Source: Candidatus Kuenenia stuttgartensis
GTDB lineage: Bacteria > Planctomycetota > Brocadiia > Brocadiales > Brocadiaceae
DNA: 32,000 nt
NCBI RefSeq assembly: GCF_900232105.1
Contig: NZ_LT934425.1
Location: forward strand, 390,001 to 422,000
Direction of reading: 5' to 3'
Positions 1 through 9,194 of the stretch are shown here, one piece after another. Under the pieces are notes generated by a model. That model made no database searches. It was not told the DNA's origin and saw only the letters and a program-made list of their open reading frames with translations. Each line of letters begins with the position of its first letter. The stretch's first letter is position 1. Position numbers and translations under genes: made by a program.

Positions 1-49
1 TACTTACCACTCTCAAAAGACTAAAAAAACGAAATACAACGTCGGTTTT

Positions 50-1387
50 CTACTGAAAAACTACATCCAGTGACATGCGTTCCCACTTTTCCCATTCCTC
101 CTGATGGAGAAATTTCTCCGGCAATTTTAATGTCATCTGCCGGCTTCTCTCCACCAGTTTCCCTGCCACACGGATTAACCACAGTCTCATCGTCTTTACT
201 TCCCACTGTTGTATCACTCCACCACTGAGCAATCCCATCCACTTCAAAAGATTATACGCTAACACCGCACACTGAAATAGCGCAGCATTGGCCAAAAATT
301 CACCCGTACGTATGTGCCCCGCATTCATCTGTCCTTTACTCTCTTCTATCAAAGTCTCGCAGGTAGCCCTCTTTCCATAACAACGATGCGCTTCCATCGG
401 ACTTAACCGCTCCGTTGTAACGTAACAAAAATACTCATACACGGACACTTCTACTAATTTCTTTTCTCTTTTGACCAATTGCCGCACTGCCACAAAACGT
501 CTCGCACGATCCCACCCTGCACATCGATACCAAAATTCAGCCTGTTCCCATCCTGGCTCCCCTTTCACCTCATTCCATTTCTGCCCTTCAAGCAATCCTT
601 CCAGATTCTTCAGCTTTACCTTAATCAGATATCCCGCCAATATTGACTCAAGGTATTCAAGTAATTCTCCGGTAAAAAAACCGCTGTCTCCTCGAAATAC
701 CACCCTTACCCCCTTATTCATGTACGCCATACATTCCTTCATGAACTCTACTACTCCGTTACTCGTGTAGGCGCTTCCACAGCGGAACCAACTATGTAAT
801 ACCTCCTTTGTTTCTGCAATAAATGCCATTAAGGGATGATACGCCTTCTGCCCCTTCTTGTGCGGATTATATCCTACCTCTGCACCCTCCTGTTTCCCAT
901 ATACACCATCTACGGTAGAATCAACATCTATCCATACTTCGCAAAGAGCACTCCTGAGTTTATGGCCTGATCTCACCGCACGCTTCCATATCTTTCCCCT
1001 AAACCGGTGGATCACCCCCGTCAGTTCCACTATATCTCCCTGACTCGCCAGCTTCATAATACGTCCTATCGTAGTATCTACAGGTACCTCTTTCCACCCG
1101 GACATCTTCTTCAATACCTCATCTGTACACACCTTCATCACCTCTACCATCGATGTCGCCCCTGCTATCAACCCTATCACTACCATTTGTACCGCATCGA
1201 CAAACTGATACCGGGCATTTGCTCCACGATCCTTATGGACCGCTTCATGGACTCTCTCCCGGAACATCAGCTTACCCATAAAATTCAATACCGGTAAAAG
1301 CCCTGCATGTACCGTTAAGCCTTTCCCGCTCATCTCTGCCTTGATTTTCGGTTGTCTTTTGCTGTATTTTTTTGCTATATTCTTCAT
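50..1387 (-). CDS. IS1380-family-like DDE transposase, apparently intact (445 aa)
   Basis: Full-length ORF. Motifs such as GLLPVLNFMGKLMF, VDSTVDGVYGKQEGAEVGYNPHKKGQKAYHPLMAF and FRGDSGFF are typical of IS1380-group transposases. Confidence 0.88.
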   Translation of the reverse strand: MKNIAKKYSKRQPKIKAEMSGKGLTVHAGLLPVLNFMGKLMFRERVHEAVHKDRGANARYQFVDAVQMVVIGLIAGATSMVEVMKVCTDEVLKKMSGWKEVPVDTTIGRIMKLASQGDIVELTGVIHRFRGKIWKRAVRSGHKLRSALCEVWIDVDSTVDGVYGKQEGAEVGYNPHKKGQKAYHPLMAFIAETKEVLHSWFRCGSAYTSNGVVEFMKECMAYMNKGVRVVFRGDSGFFTGELLEYLESILAGYLIKVKLKNLEGLLEGQKWNEVKGEPGWEQAEFWYRCAGWDRARRFVAVRQLVKREKKLVEVSVYEYFCYVTTERLSPMEAHRCYGKRATCETLIEESKGQMNAGHIRTGEFLANAALFQCAVLAYNLLKWMGLLSGGVIQQWEVKTMRLWLIRVAGKLVERSRQMTLKLPEKFLHQEEWEKWERMSLDVVFQ

Positions 1388-1470
1388 CGAAATGGTGAAT
1401 CTCCTTTCAGGTGTTTTTTGTTATCAATATACCGCCGAATACCTTGGAAATCCTACCATTTCAATCCTAT

Positions 1471-1503
1471 TCCTGCAACAAGGCTTTGCCTTGTTTGCAG
1501 GAT
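1471..1503. repeat. Short perfect-type palindrome (tcctgcaacaaggc ttt gccttgtttgcagga), terminator-like or dispersed intergenic hairpin
   Basis: Arms tcctgcaacaaggc / gccttgtttgcagga are complementary with one bulge. Confidence 0.6.
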
Positions 1504-1598
1504 TTAGGTTTTATTTTCTATTGCCTTATTATACTTTACTATACTTGAAGTTTAGTGCACAAATCCAACTTTTTGTAACACTTTAGTTTTTTGAAAAA

Positions 1599-1671
1599 GT
1601 AGGGGCGAAGCATTTGCCCGTTTGGATATGAACGCATTTATGACAATTTACAGCAAATGCTTCGCCCCTAC
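1599..1671. repeat. Small palindromic dispersed repeat, copy A (73 bp, GTAGGGGCGAAGCATTTGC ... GCAAATGCTTCGCCCCTAC)
   Basis: 19-bp terminal inverted repeats. A near-identical inverted copy lies at 13218..13289. Confidence 0.85.
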
Positions 1672-1719
1672 ACTGCGATTATTGGAAACAGTTTAGATTT
1701 TTGGAAAAACAAAAATGCT

Positions 1720-1745
1720 CGTTCCCAAGCTCCGGCTTGGGAACG
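1720..1745. repeat. Palindrome CGTTCCCAAGC-TCCG-GCTTGGGAACG
   Basis: Perfect 11-bp arms. The same arms recur at 2068..2078 / 2237..2247, and a degenerate version sits at about 17294..17330. Confidence 0.85.
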
Positions 1746-1852
1746 TAATTGCGTTAGAAGCTCTGGCTTCCATTTAGCCGGCAAGCGAAACTTCGTGTAT
1801 TATTCGATTCAAAAGAGGTTTTCCAAATATCTTGGGTAACATACAGAAAAAC

Positions 1853-1994
1853 GGGTGCATTCCCGATTGTTTGTAAGCGTTCATGGAGTCGGGGCAAAAC
1901 AACCCTGACAGGGTTTGAAACCCTGTCAGGGTTAACACTACTGCAACGTTTCATTAAAACATGGCGGAAATCACAAAAAATCGGGAATACACCC
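1853..1994 (-). mobile_element. MITE-like non-autonomous element, copy 1 (142 bp) with 9-bp target-site duplication CAGAAAAAC
   Basis: TIR GGGTGCATTCCCGATT / AATCGGGAATACACCC. Perfect 9-bp direct repeats CAGAAAAAC at 1844..1852 and 1995..2003. Nearly identical to 5615..5757 in opposite orientation. Confidence 0.88.
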
Positions 1995-2082
1995 CAGAAA
2001 AACCTCCAGGCTGACATCATGGGTTCATTCCCTTTTCCATTCGAAGCTGGAGCTTCGCAAACAATCCCGTTCCCAAGCCGGA

Positions 2083-2232
2083 CAGACTGGGTCAAATGAA
2101 AAATTTTATCCTATTTTACGACAGGCATTCTCCACTTTAATGGTAAAACAGCACTAAATAGGGTCTAAAACAGGCATAATGCGAGGAGTTGCCCCCACTT
2201 TTGAGACAACAAAGTTCATTTGACCCAGTCTG
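2083..2232. mobile_element. MITE-like element (150 bp) with 18-bp perfect TIRs and 4-bp target duplication CGGA
   Basis: TIR CAGACTGGGTCAAATGAA (2083..2100) / TTCATTTGACCCAGTCTG (2215..2232). CGGA at 2079..2082 and 2233..2236. Removing the element plus one CGGA restores the palindrome CGTTCCCAAGC-CGGA-GCTTGGGAACG. Confidence 0.8.
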
Positions 2233-2370
2233 CGGAGCTTGGGAACGAGCGATTTTTTTTCATAGGACTAAAGTGTTACGATTATTGGAATTTTTCAAAA
2301 AACTAATGTATTACTACTTTTTAGTAAATAGGCAATTTTGAAATATGGCAAGAAGGAGATACGTGGAATA

Positions 2371-3735
2371 ATGTTTGAAGAGATTCGTAAGGAACAATTG
2401 CAGACATGGGACAAGACCTACCTCTGGCATCCTTTTACCCAAATGCAGGAGTACGTGAAGGAAACCCCTCTTGTTATTGCGGAAGGAAAGGGGATTTACC
2501 TGAAAGATATTGATGGCAACGAATACATTGACGGGGTTTCCTCTATGTGGTGTAATCTTCACGGCCATCGCAAAAAAGAAATCGATGACGCCATAAAGGC
2601 ACAGCTTGACAAAATCGCGCACAGCACCTTTTTAGGCCCTACCAATATCCCCGCTTCAGAACTTGGTAAAAAACTTATCGAAATCGTACCAAACGGTTTA
2701 AGCAAAGTGTTTTACTCTGACAATGGCTCCACCGCAAATGAAGTTGCCCTGAAAATGGCCTTTCAATATTGGCAGCATAAAGGCAGAAGAGATAAAACAC
2801 AATTCATTGCATTACAGTATGGGTATCATGGAGACACTATAGGCACGATGGCGGTGGGCGGGATTGATATATACCATAAAGTATTTAGCCCCCTTTATTT
2901 TAAAACACATTTTGCACCTTCTCCTTATTGTTATCGCTGTCCATTAAATAAAATTCCGGAAGATTGCAGCATGGAATGTCTCGGTACACTGGAAAAGATT
3001 TTACAGGAACATGCGGATAATGTCGCTGCAATGATTATGGAACCCCTTGTACAGGGTGTAGGCGGTATGTTAATGCATCCAAAGGGCTATCTGGCAGGAG
3101 TCAGCAAACTATGTAAGCAATACGATGTACTACTTATTCTGGATGAGGTAATGACGGGATTTGGACGAACGGGAAAAATGTTTGCCTGCGAACACGAATG
3201 TGTCGTCCCCGACCTTATGCCTCTGTCAAAAGGGATTAATGGCGGATATATGCCTCTGGCGGCTACGCTTGCAACGCAGGAAATATATGACGCCTTTTTA
3301 GGAGAATATACCCATTTGAAAACCTTCTTTCATGGACATACCTATACAGGGCATCCCCTCGGATGTGCAGCGTCCCTGGCAAGTATACACCTCTTCGAAA
3401 AAGAAAACATTCTGGAAAATTTACAGCCGAAAATAAAGCACCTGAAAGAGAAGTTATCATCTTTCAAGGTATTAAAACATGTCGGTGAAATACGGCAGTG
3501 TGGTTTAATCGCCGCAATTGAATTAGTAAAAGATACGAAAACAAAAGAACCTTATTCATGGGTTGAACGCATAGGAATACAAATCTGTCTTGAGGCAAAG
3601 AAACAGGGGGTATTAATACGTCCATTAGGCCATATCATTGTCATCATGCCGCCGTTGATTATTACCACTGCTGAATTGGACAGATTACTTGGCGTTATTT
3701 ACGAGTCTATACGGACGGTTACGGAAAAAGTGTAA
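2371..3735 (+). CDS. bioA: Adenosylmethionine-8-amino-7-oxononanoate aminotransferase
   Basis: Motifs YLWHPFTQMQEYV, DGNEYIDGVSSMWCNLHGH, GYHGDTIG, LLILDEVMTGFGRTG, FFHGHTYTGHPLGCAASLAS. Shine-Dalgarno AAGGAG precedes ATG 2371; the TTG-initiated ORF extends to 2338. Confidence 0.96.
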   Translation: MFEEIRKEQLQTWDKTYLWHPFTQMQEYVKETPLVIAEGKGIYLKDIDGNEYIDGVSSMWCNLHGHRKKEIDDAIKAQLDKIAHSTFLGPTNIPASELGKKLIEIVPNGLSKVFYSDNGSTANEVALKMAFQYWQHKGRRDKTQFIALQYGYHGDTIGTMAVGGIDIYHKVFSPLYFKTHFAPSPYCYRCPLNKIPEDCSMECLGTLEKILQEHADNVAAMIMEPLVQGVGGMLMHPKGYLAGVSKLCKQYDVLLILDEVMTGFGRTGKMFACEHECVVPDLMPLSKGINGGYMPLAATLATQEIYDAFLGEYTHLKTFFHGHTYTGHPLGCAASLASIHLFEKENILENLQPKIKHLKEKLSSFKVLKHVGEIRQCGLIAAIELVKDTKTKEPYSWVERIGIQICLEAKKQGVLIRPLGHIIVIMPPLIITTAELDRLLGVIYESIRTVTEKV

Positions 3736-3756
3736 AAAAGAATTGTTATTAATTAA

Positions 3757-4476
<720 letters not shown>

Positions 4477-4524
4477 AACGCCATTGTTTGCCGCATTTTT
4501 GTAGCTTTTTGTGGAGGAATTATC

Positions 4525-5469
4525 ATGCCGCCCGTAGGTGAAAGGGTTGATAACCTGGAACAAATACTCGCAGAGTTCATCAGGAACGTTGGCAATGCAC
4601 AAATGCAGACGGAGAGGGAAATCCGTGAATTTAAGGACGAAATGCAACGGGACAGGGAAAACTCCAAAATCGAAATGAAGTTATTCAGGGAGGAGATGCG
4701 GAGTTTCAGGGACGAAATGCAACGGGATAGAGAAAACTCTAAAATTGAAATGAAGATATTCAGAGAGGAGATGCAGCAGGACAGGGAAAACTCCAAAATC
4801 GAAATGAAGGTATTCAGGGAGGAGATGCAACAAGACAGGGAAAACTTCAAAAATGAGATGCGGAATTTCAGAGACGAAATGCAACATGATAGAGAAAACT
4901 CTAAAATTGAAATAAAAGAATTCAGGGAAGAGATGCAACAGGACAGAGAAAACTCCAAAAACGAAATGACTGAATTCAAGGAGGAGATGCGGAAAGACAG
5001 GGCAAGGGCATTTAAACAATGGGGAGAAATCACCAACAAAATGGGCACGTTGGCAGAGGATTTTGTAGCCCCAAACGTTGGGGAAATCGCCATGCGGTAT
5101 TTCTGCTGTGAGGAAGGCAGCGAAGAAGATTTCATGGTCAGAAGATTTAAAAGAAAGCCAAAAACGAAGAGCAAGAGAAGAGAGTTTGACGTAATTGCAG
5201 TGTATGATACCAAAATTATTCTTGTAGAAGTAAAATCCACTCCCAGAATACAGTACATAGATGATTTTGCGGAAACTTTAAAGGAAGTGTACGAGTACTT
5301 TCCAGAATATATAAACAAAAAGATCATTCCTGTTTTTGCATCCCTTTATTTACCAGATGAAGTAATTGCATACCTCACAAAGAAAAACATTTTTGCAATG
5401 GCAATCAGAGATGACATGATGGATTTGATGAATTTCGGGGAAGTACATCAGGCCAGGGCAAACACATAA
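4525..5469 (+). CDS. Coiled-coil repeat protein with C-terminal PD-(D/E)XK nuclease-like domain (DUF3782-like)
   Basis: Tandem DRENSKIEMKxFREEMQQ units, then a C-terminal segment EFDVIAVYDTKIILVEVKST matching the D...ExK nuclease core. Shine-Dalgarno ggagg upstream. Confidence 0.8.
   Translation: MPPVGERVDNLEQILAEFIRNVGNAQMQTEREIREFKDEMQRDRENSKIEMKLFREEMRSFRDEMQRDRENSKIEMKIFREEMQQDRENSKIEMKVFREEMQQDRENFKNEMRNFRDEMQHDRENSKIEIKEFREEMQQDRENSKNEMTEFKEEMRKDRARAFKQWGEITNKMGTLAEDFVAPNVGEIAMRYFCCEEGSEEDFMVRRFKRKPKTKSKRREFDVIAVYDTKIILVEVKSTPRIQYIDDFAETLKEVYEYFPEYINKKIIPVFASLYLPDEVIAYLTKKNIFAMAIRDDMMDLMNFGEVHQARANT
4651..4995 (+). repeat. Tandem coding repeat: one 25-aa unit plus five 18-aa (54-nt) units
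   Basis: Units read DRENSKIEMKLFREEMRSFRDEMQR / DRENSKIEMKIFREEMQQ / DRENSKIEMKVFREEMQQ / DRENFKNEMRNFRDEMQH / DRENSKIEIKEFREEMQQ / DRENSKNEMTEFKEEMRK. Confidence 0.92.
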
Positions 5470-5614
5470 TAATCGCTGTAAAATCAACGAGATATTTCCA
5501 ACGTGTTCTGTTTTGCAACCCATGAGTTTATTCGGGGAATAGCACTCTGTATGACTATCCGCCAACTCCTTGTTTTTTATGTTGGAATCCAGGTGAGCAA
5601 TGGTGAAATAAATA

Positions 5615-5757
5615 GGGTGTATTCCCGATTTTTTGTGATTTCCGCCATGTTTTAATGAAACGTTGCAGTAGTGTTAACCCTGACAGGGTTTCAAACCCTG
5701 TCAGGGTTGTTTTTGCCCCGACTCCATGAACGCTTACAAACAATCGGGAATGCACCC
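5615..5757 (+). mobile_element. MITE-like non-autonomous element, copy 2 (143 bp) with 9-bp target-site duplication AAATAAATA
   Basis: GGGTGTATTCCCGATT ... AATCGGGAATGCACCC. Direct repeats AAATAAATA at 5606..5614 and 5758..5766. Differs from copy 1 by about one T indel. Confidence 0.88.
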
Positions 5758-5766
5758 AAATAAATA

Positions 5767-5923
5767 CTAGTACATCGTTTCGTTAAAATGTGTACGTAAA
5801 AAAATGTCATTGCGAGTAGTGGAGTGACGAAGCAATCTCTTGTTCCCAAAAAACTTAAGATTGCTTCGCTGTCGCTAGCAATGACGGTATCAATGTAGAT
5901 ATTTTAATGAAACGCTATACTAG
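5767..5923. repeat. Palindromic composite repeat (157 bp) with outer arms CTAGTACATCGTTTCGTTAAAAT / ATTTTAATGAAACGCTATACTAG and an inner GTCATTGCGAG...GCAATGAC repeat
   Basis: Outer imperfect inverted repeat of about 23-29 bp. Inner pair GTCATTGCGAG...GAAGCAATC / GATTGCTTCG...AGCAATGAC at 5806..5885. Confidence 0.75.
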
Positions 5924-5985
5924 AAAACGGTGGTTTTTAGTTTGAGAAAGTTTTTAAAGGCTTAATTAATTTGGAGTAAAAATAG

Positions 5986-7317
5986 ATGAAAACTCAGTTA
6001 GAACTTGCACGCGATGGTGTTATAACGGAAGCCATGAAAGAGGCTGCTGTATATGACGACGTCACCCCGGAATTTATCCGAGAAGGCATTGCAAAAGGAC
6101 AGATCGTTATTTATGGAAATCCGAACAGAAAGGCGCGTGTGATTGGCATCGGCAAGGGACTCAAAACAAAGGTAAATGCCAGCATCGGCACTTCCCCCGA
6201 TATTATTGACGCCGAGATGGAAGTGAAAAAGGCGCAAACCGCTGAAAAATACGGTGCGGATACACTGATGGAGCTTTCAACAGGCGGTGACTTGGTCAAA
6301 ATCAGAAAACGGGTGTTGGACTCCATTTCTCTTACAGTAGGTACCGTGCCCCTTTACCAGGCGGCAATAGAAACCAATAAGAAAAAGGGTTCTGTAGTAC
6401 ACATGGAGGCTGATTTCCTCTTTGATGTTATAGAACAGCAGGCGGAAGAGGGTATTGGTTTTATGGCTATCCACTGCGGCATTAATTTAATCACCTTAGA
6501 GCGATTAAGAAGGCAAGGTTATCGTTATGGCGGCCTGGTGAGCCGCGGCGGTTCGTTTCTGACCGCATGGATGAATCATAATAAAAAAGAGAATCCCCTC
6601 TATGAACAGATCGACCGTCTTATTGATATTATGAAAAAACACGACGTTATTCTCAGCCTTGGAAATGGCTTACGGGCAGGAGCAGTTCATGACAGTACTG
6701 ACCGCGCACAGATACAGGAACTTATTATCAATTCCGAAATTGCGGAATATGCCCAAAGCAAAGGGGTTCAAATTATCGTTGAAGGACCTGGACACATCCC
6801 CATCGATGAGATCGAGGCAAACGTTTTGATACAAAAACGACTCAGCAACAACGCCCCTTTCTACATGCTTGGCCCTATTACTACCGATATAGCCCCCGGA
6901 TATGACCACATTTCATCTGCCATTGGCGCTGCCTTATCTTCACGTTACGGCGCAGACTTCATTTGCTACGTTACACCGCCTGAACACCTTGCCCTTCCAG
7001 GACCTGACGACGTGCGTGAAGGCGTTATGGCCGCTCGTATCGCCGCCCACGTAGGTGATATGGTAAAACTAAAAGACAAGGCGAAAAACTTAGACCTCAA
7101 AATGGGTATTGCACGCAGAGACCTCGACTGGAAGACTCAATACGAAACAGCCATCACCAAGGAACGTGCACAGGAAATTCGCAATAGCCGTCCTCCCATG
7201 GATGAGGATACATGCACAATGTGTGGCAGTCTGTGTTCACTCAAAGGTGTGATGAAATACTACGAAGAAGACCTGAATAAAAGCCGCAAGAAAAGCGCTG
7301 CCACTGCAGCATTTTGA
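5986..7317 (+). CDS. ThiC-family radical SAM enzyme (HMP-P synthase ThiC or the paralogous 5-hydroxybenzimidazole synthase BzaF)
   Basis: TQLELARDGVITEAM, IGKGLKTKVNASIGTSPD, MELSTGGDL, EGPGHIPIDEIEANV, LGPITTDIAPGYDHISSAIGAA, CYVTPPEHLALPGPDDVREG, C-terminal CTMCGSLC cluster motif. Shine-Dalgarno ggag precedes the ATG. Confidence 0.93.
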   Translation: MKTQLELARDGVITEAMKEAAVYDDVTPEFIREGIAKGQIVIYGNPNRKARVIGIGKGLKTKVNASIGTSPDIIDAEMEVKKAQTAEKYGADTLMELSTGGDLVKIRKRVLDSISLTVGTVPLYQAAIETNKKKGSVVHMEADFLFDVIEQQAEEGIGFMAIHCGINLITLERLRRQGYRYGGLVSRGGSFLTAWMNHNKKENPLYEQIDRLIDIMKKHDVILSLGNGLRAGAVHDSTDRAQIQELIINSEIAEYAQSKGVQIIVEGPGHIPIDEIEANVLIQKRLSNNAPFYMLGPITTDIAPGYDHISSAIGAALSSRYGADFICYVTPPEHLALPGPDDVREGVMAARIAAHVGDMVKLKDKAKNLDLKMGIARRDLDWKTQYETAITKERAQEIRNSRPPMDEDTCTMCGSLCSLKGVMKYYEEDLNKSRKKSAATAAF

Positions 7318-7448
7318 ACCTGAAGGTCAAAAGCATAACGATTTTTTGCTATCAGTCATAATTATCACTACAGCGACATATTATTCTTACGCCCTGCTCA
7401 ATAATTATGCCTGGTATATTAATCCTGTCAGGGTTGTTTCGTTAATTA

Positions 7449-9146
7449 TTGCAAATTTCAAAAGGATCTATTGCCTTGTCGATTGTCTTGCTCGAACACC
7501 CACGTTTAAATAATTCAGTCCGATGTGAGGAAGTAGTGAATGCCCCGTTATCAGCATGCCTGTTTACAGGATATATTGCCTCTGTTTTACGGGAAAACAA
7601 GCTTACGGTCGAAGTTGCCAATGCACATCTTTATGACTGGTCAATAGAAGAAACCATTACACATATCATCGCAAACAAACAATTACAGCTTCTGTGTGTC
7701 CATACCGTATATCTGTGGGAAAGGACCATGGATATATTTGATATGCTCTCAACACTGAAAACGGCGAATGAAGCCTTACACATCAATCTCTACGGTTATT
7801 TTCCCACGTTTGCTTATAAAAATATTCTTACTGATTATCCATTTGTTGATTCTGTGACGGTTGGCGAACCTGAATTTACAACCCTTGACCTTGCAAGAGG
7901 TATTGTATCGGGAAATCGTACTTCAACGGAAATCCAGGGAAGCAATACATTATTAAAAAAGAAGAGAAACCCCCTCTCTTGCCCCCCCCTTGCGAATCCG
8001 GGGAATGAGGTAAGAAGAAGTGTATTCCCTGATGGAATGAATATTGCCGGGCTTGCTTCCAAGGATAAAGACGGGAGGGTCGTTTTTACGCCCAGGCCTC
8101 CTATCCATAATTTAGACCAGCTACCCTATCCTTGCCGGCAGGATGTTACTCTCTGTCAGAAAAAGGGTATTGTTACGTATATACAAGGAAGCCGGGGATG
8201 TTACGGGCATTGTGCCTTTTGCTACCTGAATCCCTTTTATGAGCAAACAAGCCTATGGCGCGGCAGAAGCGCAAATAATATATTTGATGAAATCTTCAAA
8301 TTACACACCAAATACTCTATTGAAAACTTCTATTTTTCAGATGCTAACTTTTTTGGCCCCGGGAAATATGGAAGTGAACGTGCGTCTGCCCTTGCGGATC
8401 TTATTCTTGCAAACGGTTTAAATATCCGATTCGGCTTTGAATGCCGCGTCAACGATATTGAAGAAAAAACAATAGAAAAACTGGTCATGGCAGGACTTGC
8501 CAATGTATTTCTTGGTCTGGAAAGCGGCGATGACAATTCTCTGAAACGATTTAAAAAACACACAACTTCTGAGGAAAATAAAAAGGCTATTCGTCTGTTA
8601 AGAAATTACGGAATAGAGCCAACCTTTGGTTTTATTATGTTTGAACCACATGCTACCATGCAAAGCATACGCAATAATTTTGAATTTCTGAAAGAAACAG
8701 GCATTATGACTTCACCAGCAGTCACCGCTCATTTGCTCCACCACAGGCAAACAGTTTTCCAGGGAACGCCTGCATATCAATCAATGATGCAATCGCAGAC
8801 AAAACTTGATGACTCATTTTCACCCTATGAAATCTTTTATAAAATAAAGGATTTAAAGGCGGATGCATTTTCCGTAATTATTACAAACATATGCAAAGAT
8901 ATTTTAGCCCTCTTGCCTCATACCTTTGTTGAATGCAACGACATGTTATCGGATACCCGCTTTGATTATCCTTTATTAAAAAAATTAAACGACGCATTGA
9001 TCACCGCATTTGAAGATATCCTGCATAAATTCGAAAGTGCCTCCATTGTTCCCAACGGTGAATATTTTCATTCCACACACAGGGAAATAATAAACGATAT
9101 TCAATCATTACTGTTGCATGCAAATGCCTTACATGAGACCAAATGA
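7449..9146 (+). CDS. B12-binding-domain radical SAM protein (candidate BzaD-like)
   Basis: N-terminal cobalamin-binding-like domain, then GSRGCYGHCAFCYLNPF (CxxxCxxC), FSDANFFGP, VFLGLESGDDNSLKRFKK. The true start is uncertain (TTG 7449 or slightly downstream). Confidence 0.88.
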   Translation: MQISKGSIALSIVLLEHPRLNNSVRCEEVVNAPLSACLFTGYIASVLRENKLTVEVANAHLYDWSIEETITHIIANKQLQLLCVHTVYLWERTMDIFDMLSTLKTANEALHINLYGYFPTFAYKNILTDYPFVDSVTVGEPEFTTLDLARGIVSGNRTSTEIQGSNTLLKKKRNPLSCPPLANPGNEVRRSVFPDGMNIAGLASKDKDGRVVFTPRPPIHNLDQLPYPCRQDVTLCQKKGIVTYIQGSRGCYGHCAFCYLNPFYEQTSLWRGRSANNIFDEIFKLHTKYSIENFYFSDANFFGPGKYGSERASALADLILANGLNIRFGFECRVNDIEEKTIEKLVMAGLANVFLGLESGDDNSLKRFKKHTTSEENKKAIRLLRNYGIEPTFGFIMFEPHATMQSIRNNFEFLKETGIMTSPAVTAHLLHHRQTVFQGTPAYQSMMQSQTKLDDSFSPYEIFYKIKDLKADAFSVIITNICKDILALLPHTFVECNDMLSDTRFDYPLLKKLNDALITAFEDILHKFESASIVPNGEYFHSTHREIINDIQSLLLHANALHETK

Positions 9147-9194
9147 ATATAAATTCATCACTATCCTTTACCCCATTTTAAACAGGAACGATTC

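Noticed and set aside
471-1297. Plus-strand ORFs inside the transposase (471..770, 858..1043, 1007..1297)
   Set aside because: Antisense to an intact transposase, with no start signals or domain motifs.
5555-5755. ORF 5555..5755 (-) and 5350..5565 (-)
   Set aside because: They overlap the MITE or lie antisense to the coiled-coil gene; repeat-derived open frames.
5924-5985. TPP riboswitch upstream of the ThiC-family gene
   Set aside because: No THI-box consensus could be read; cannot be supported without a covariance model search.
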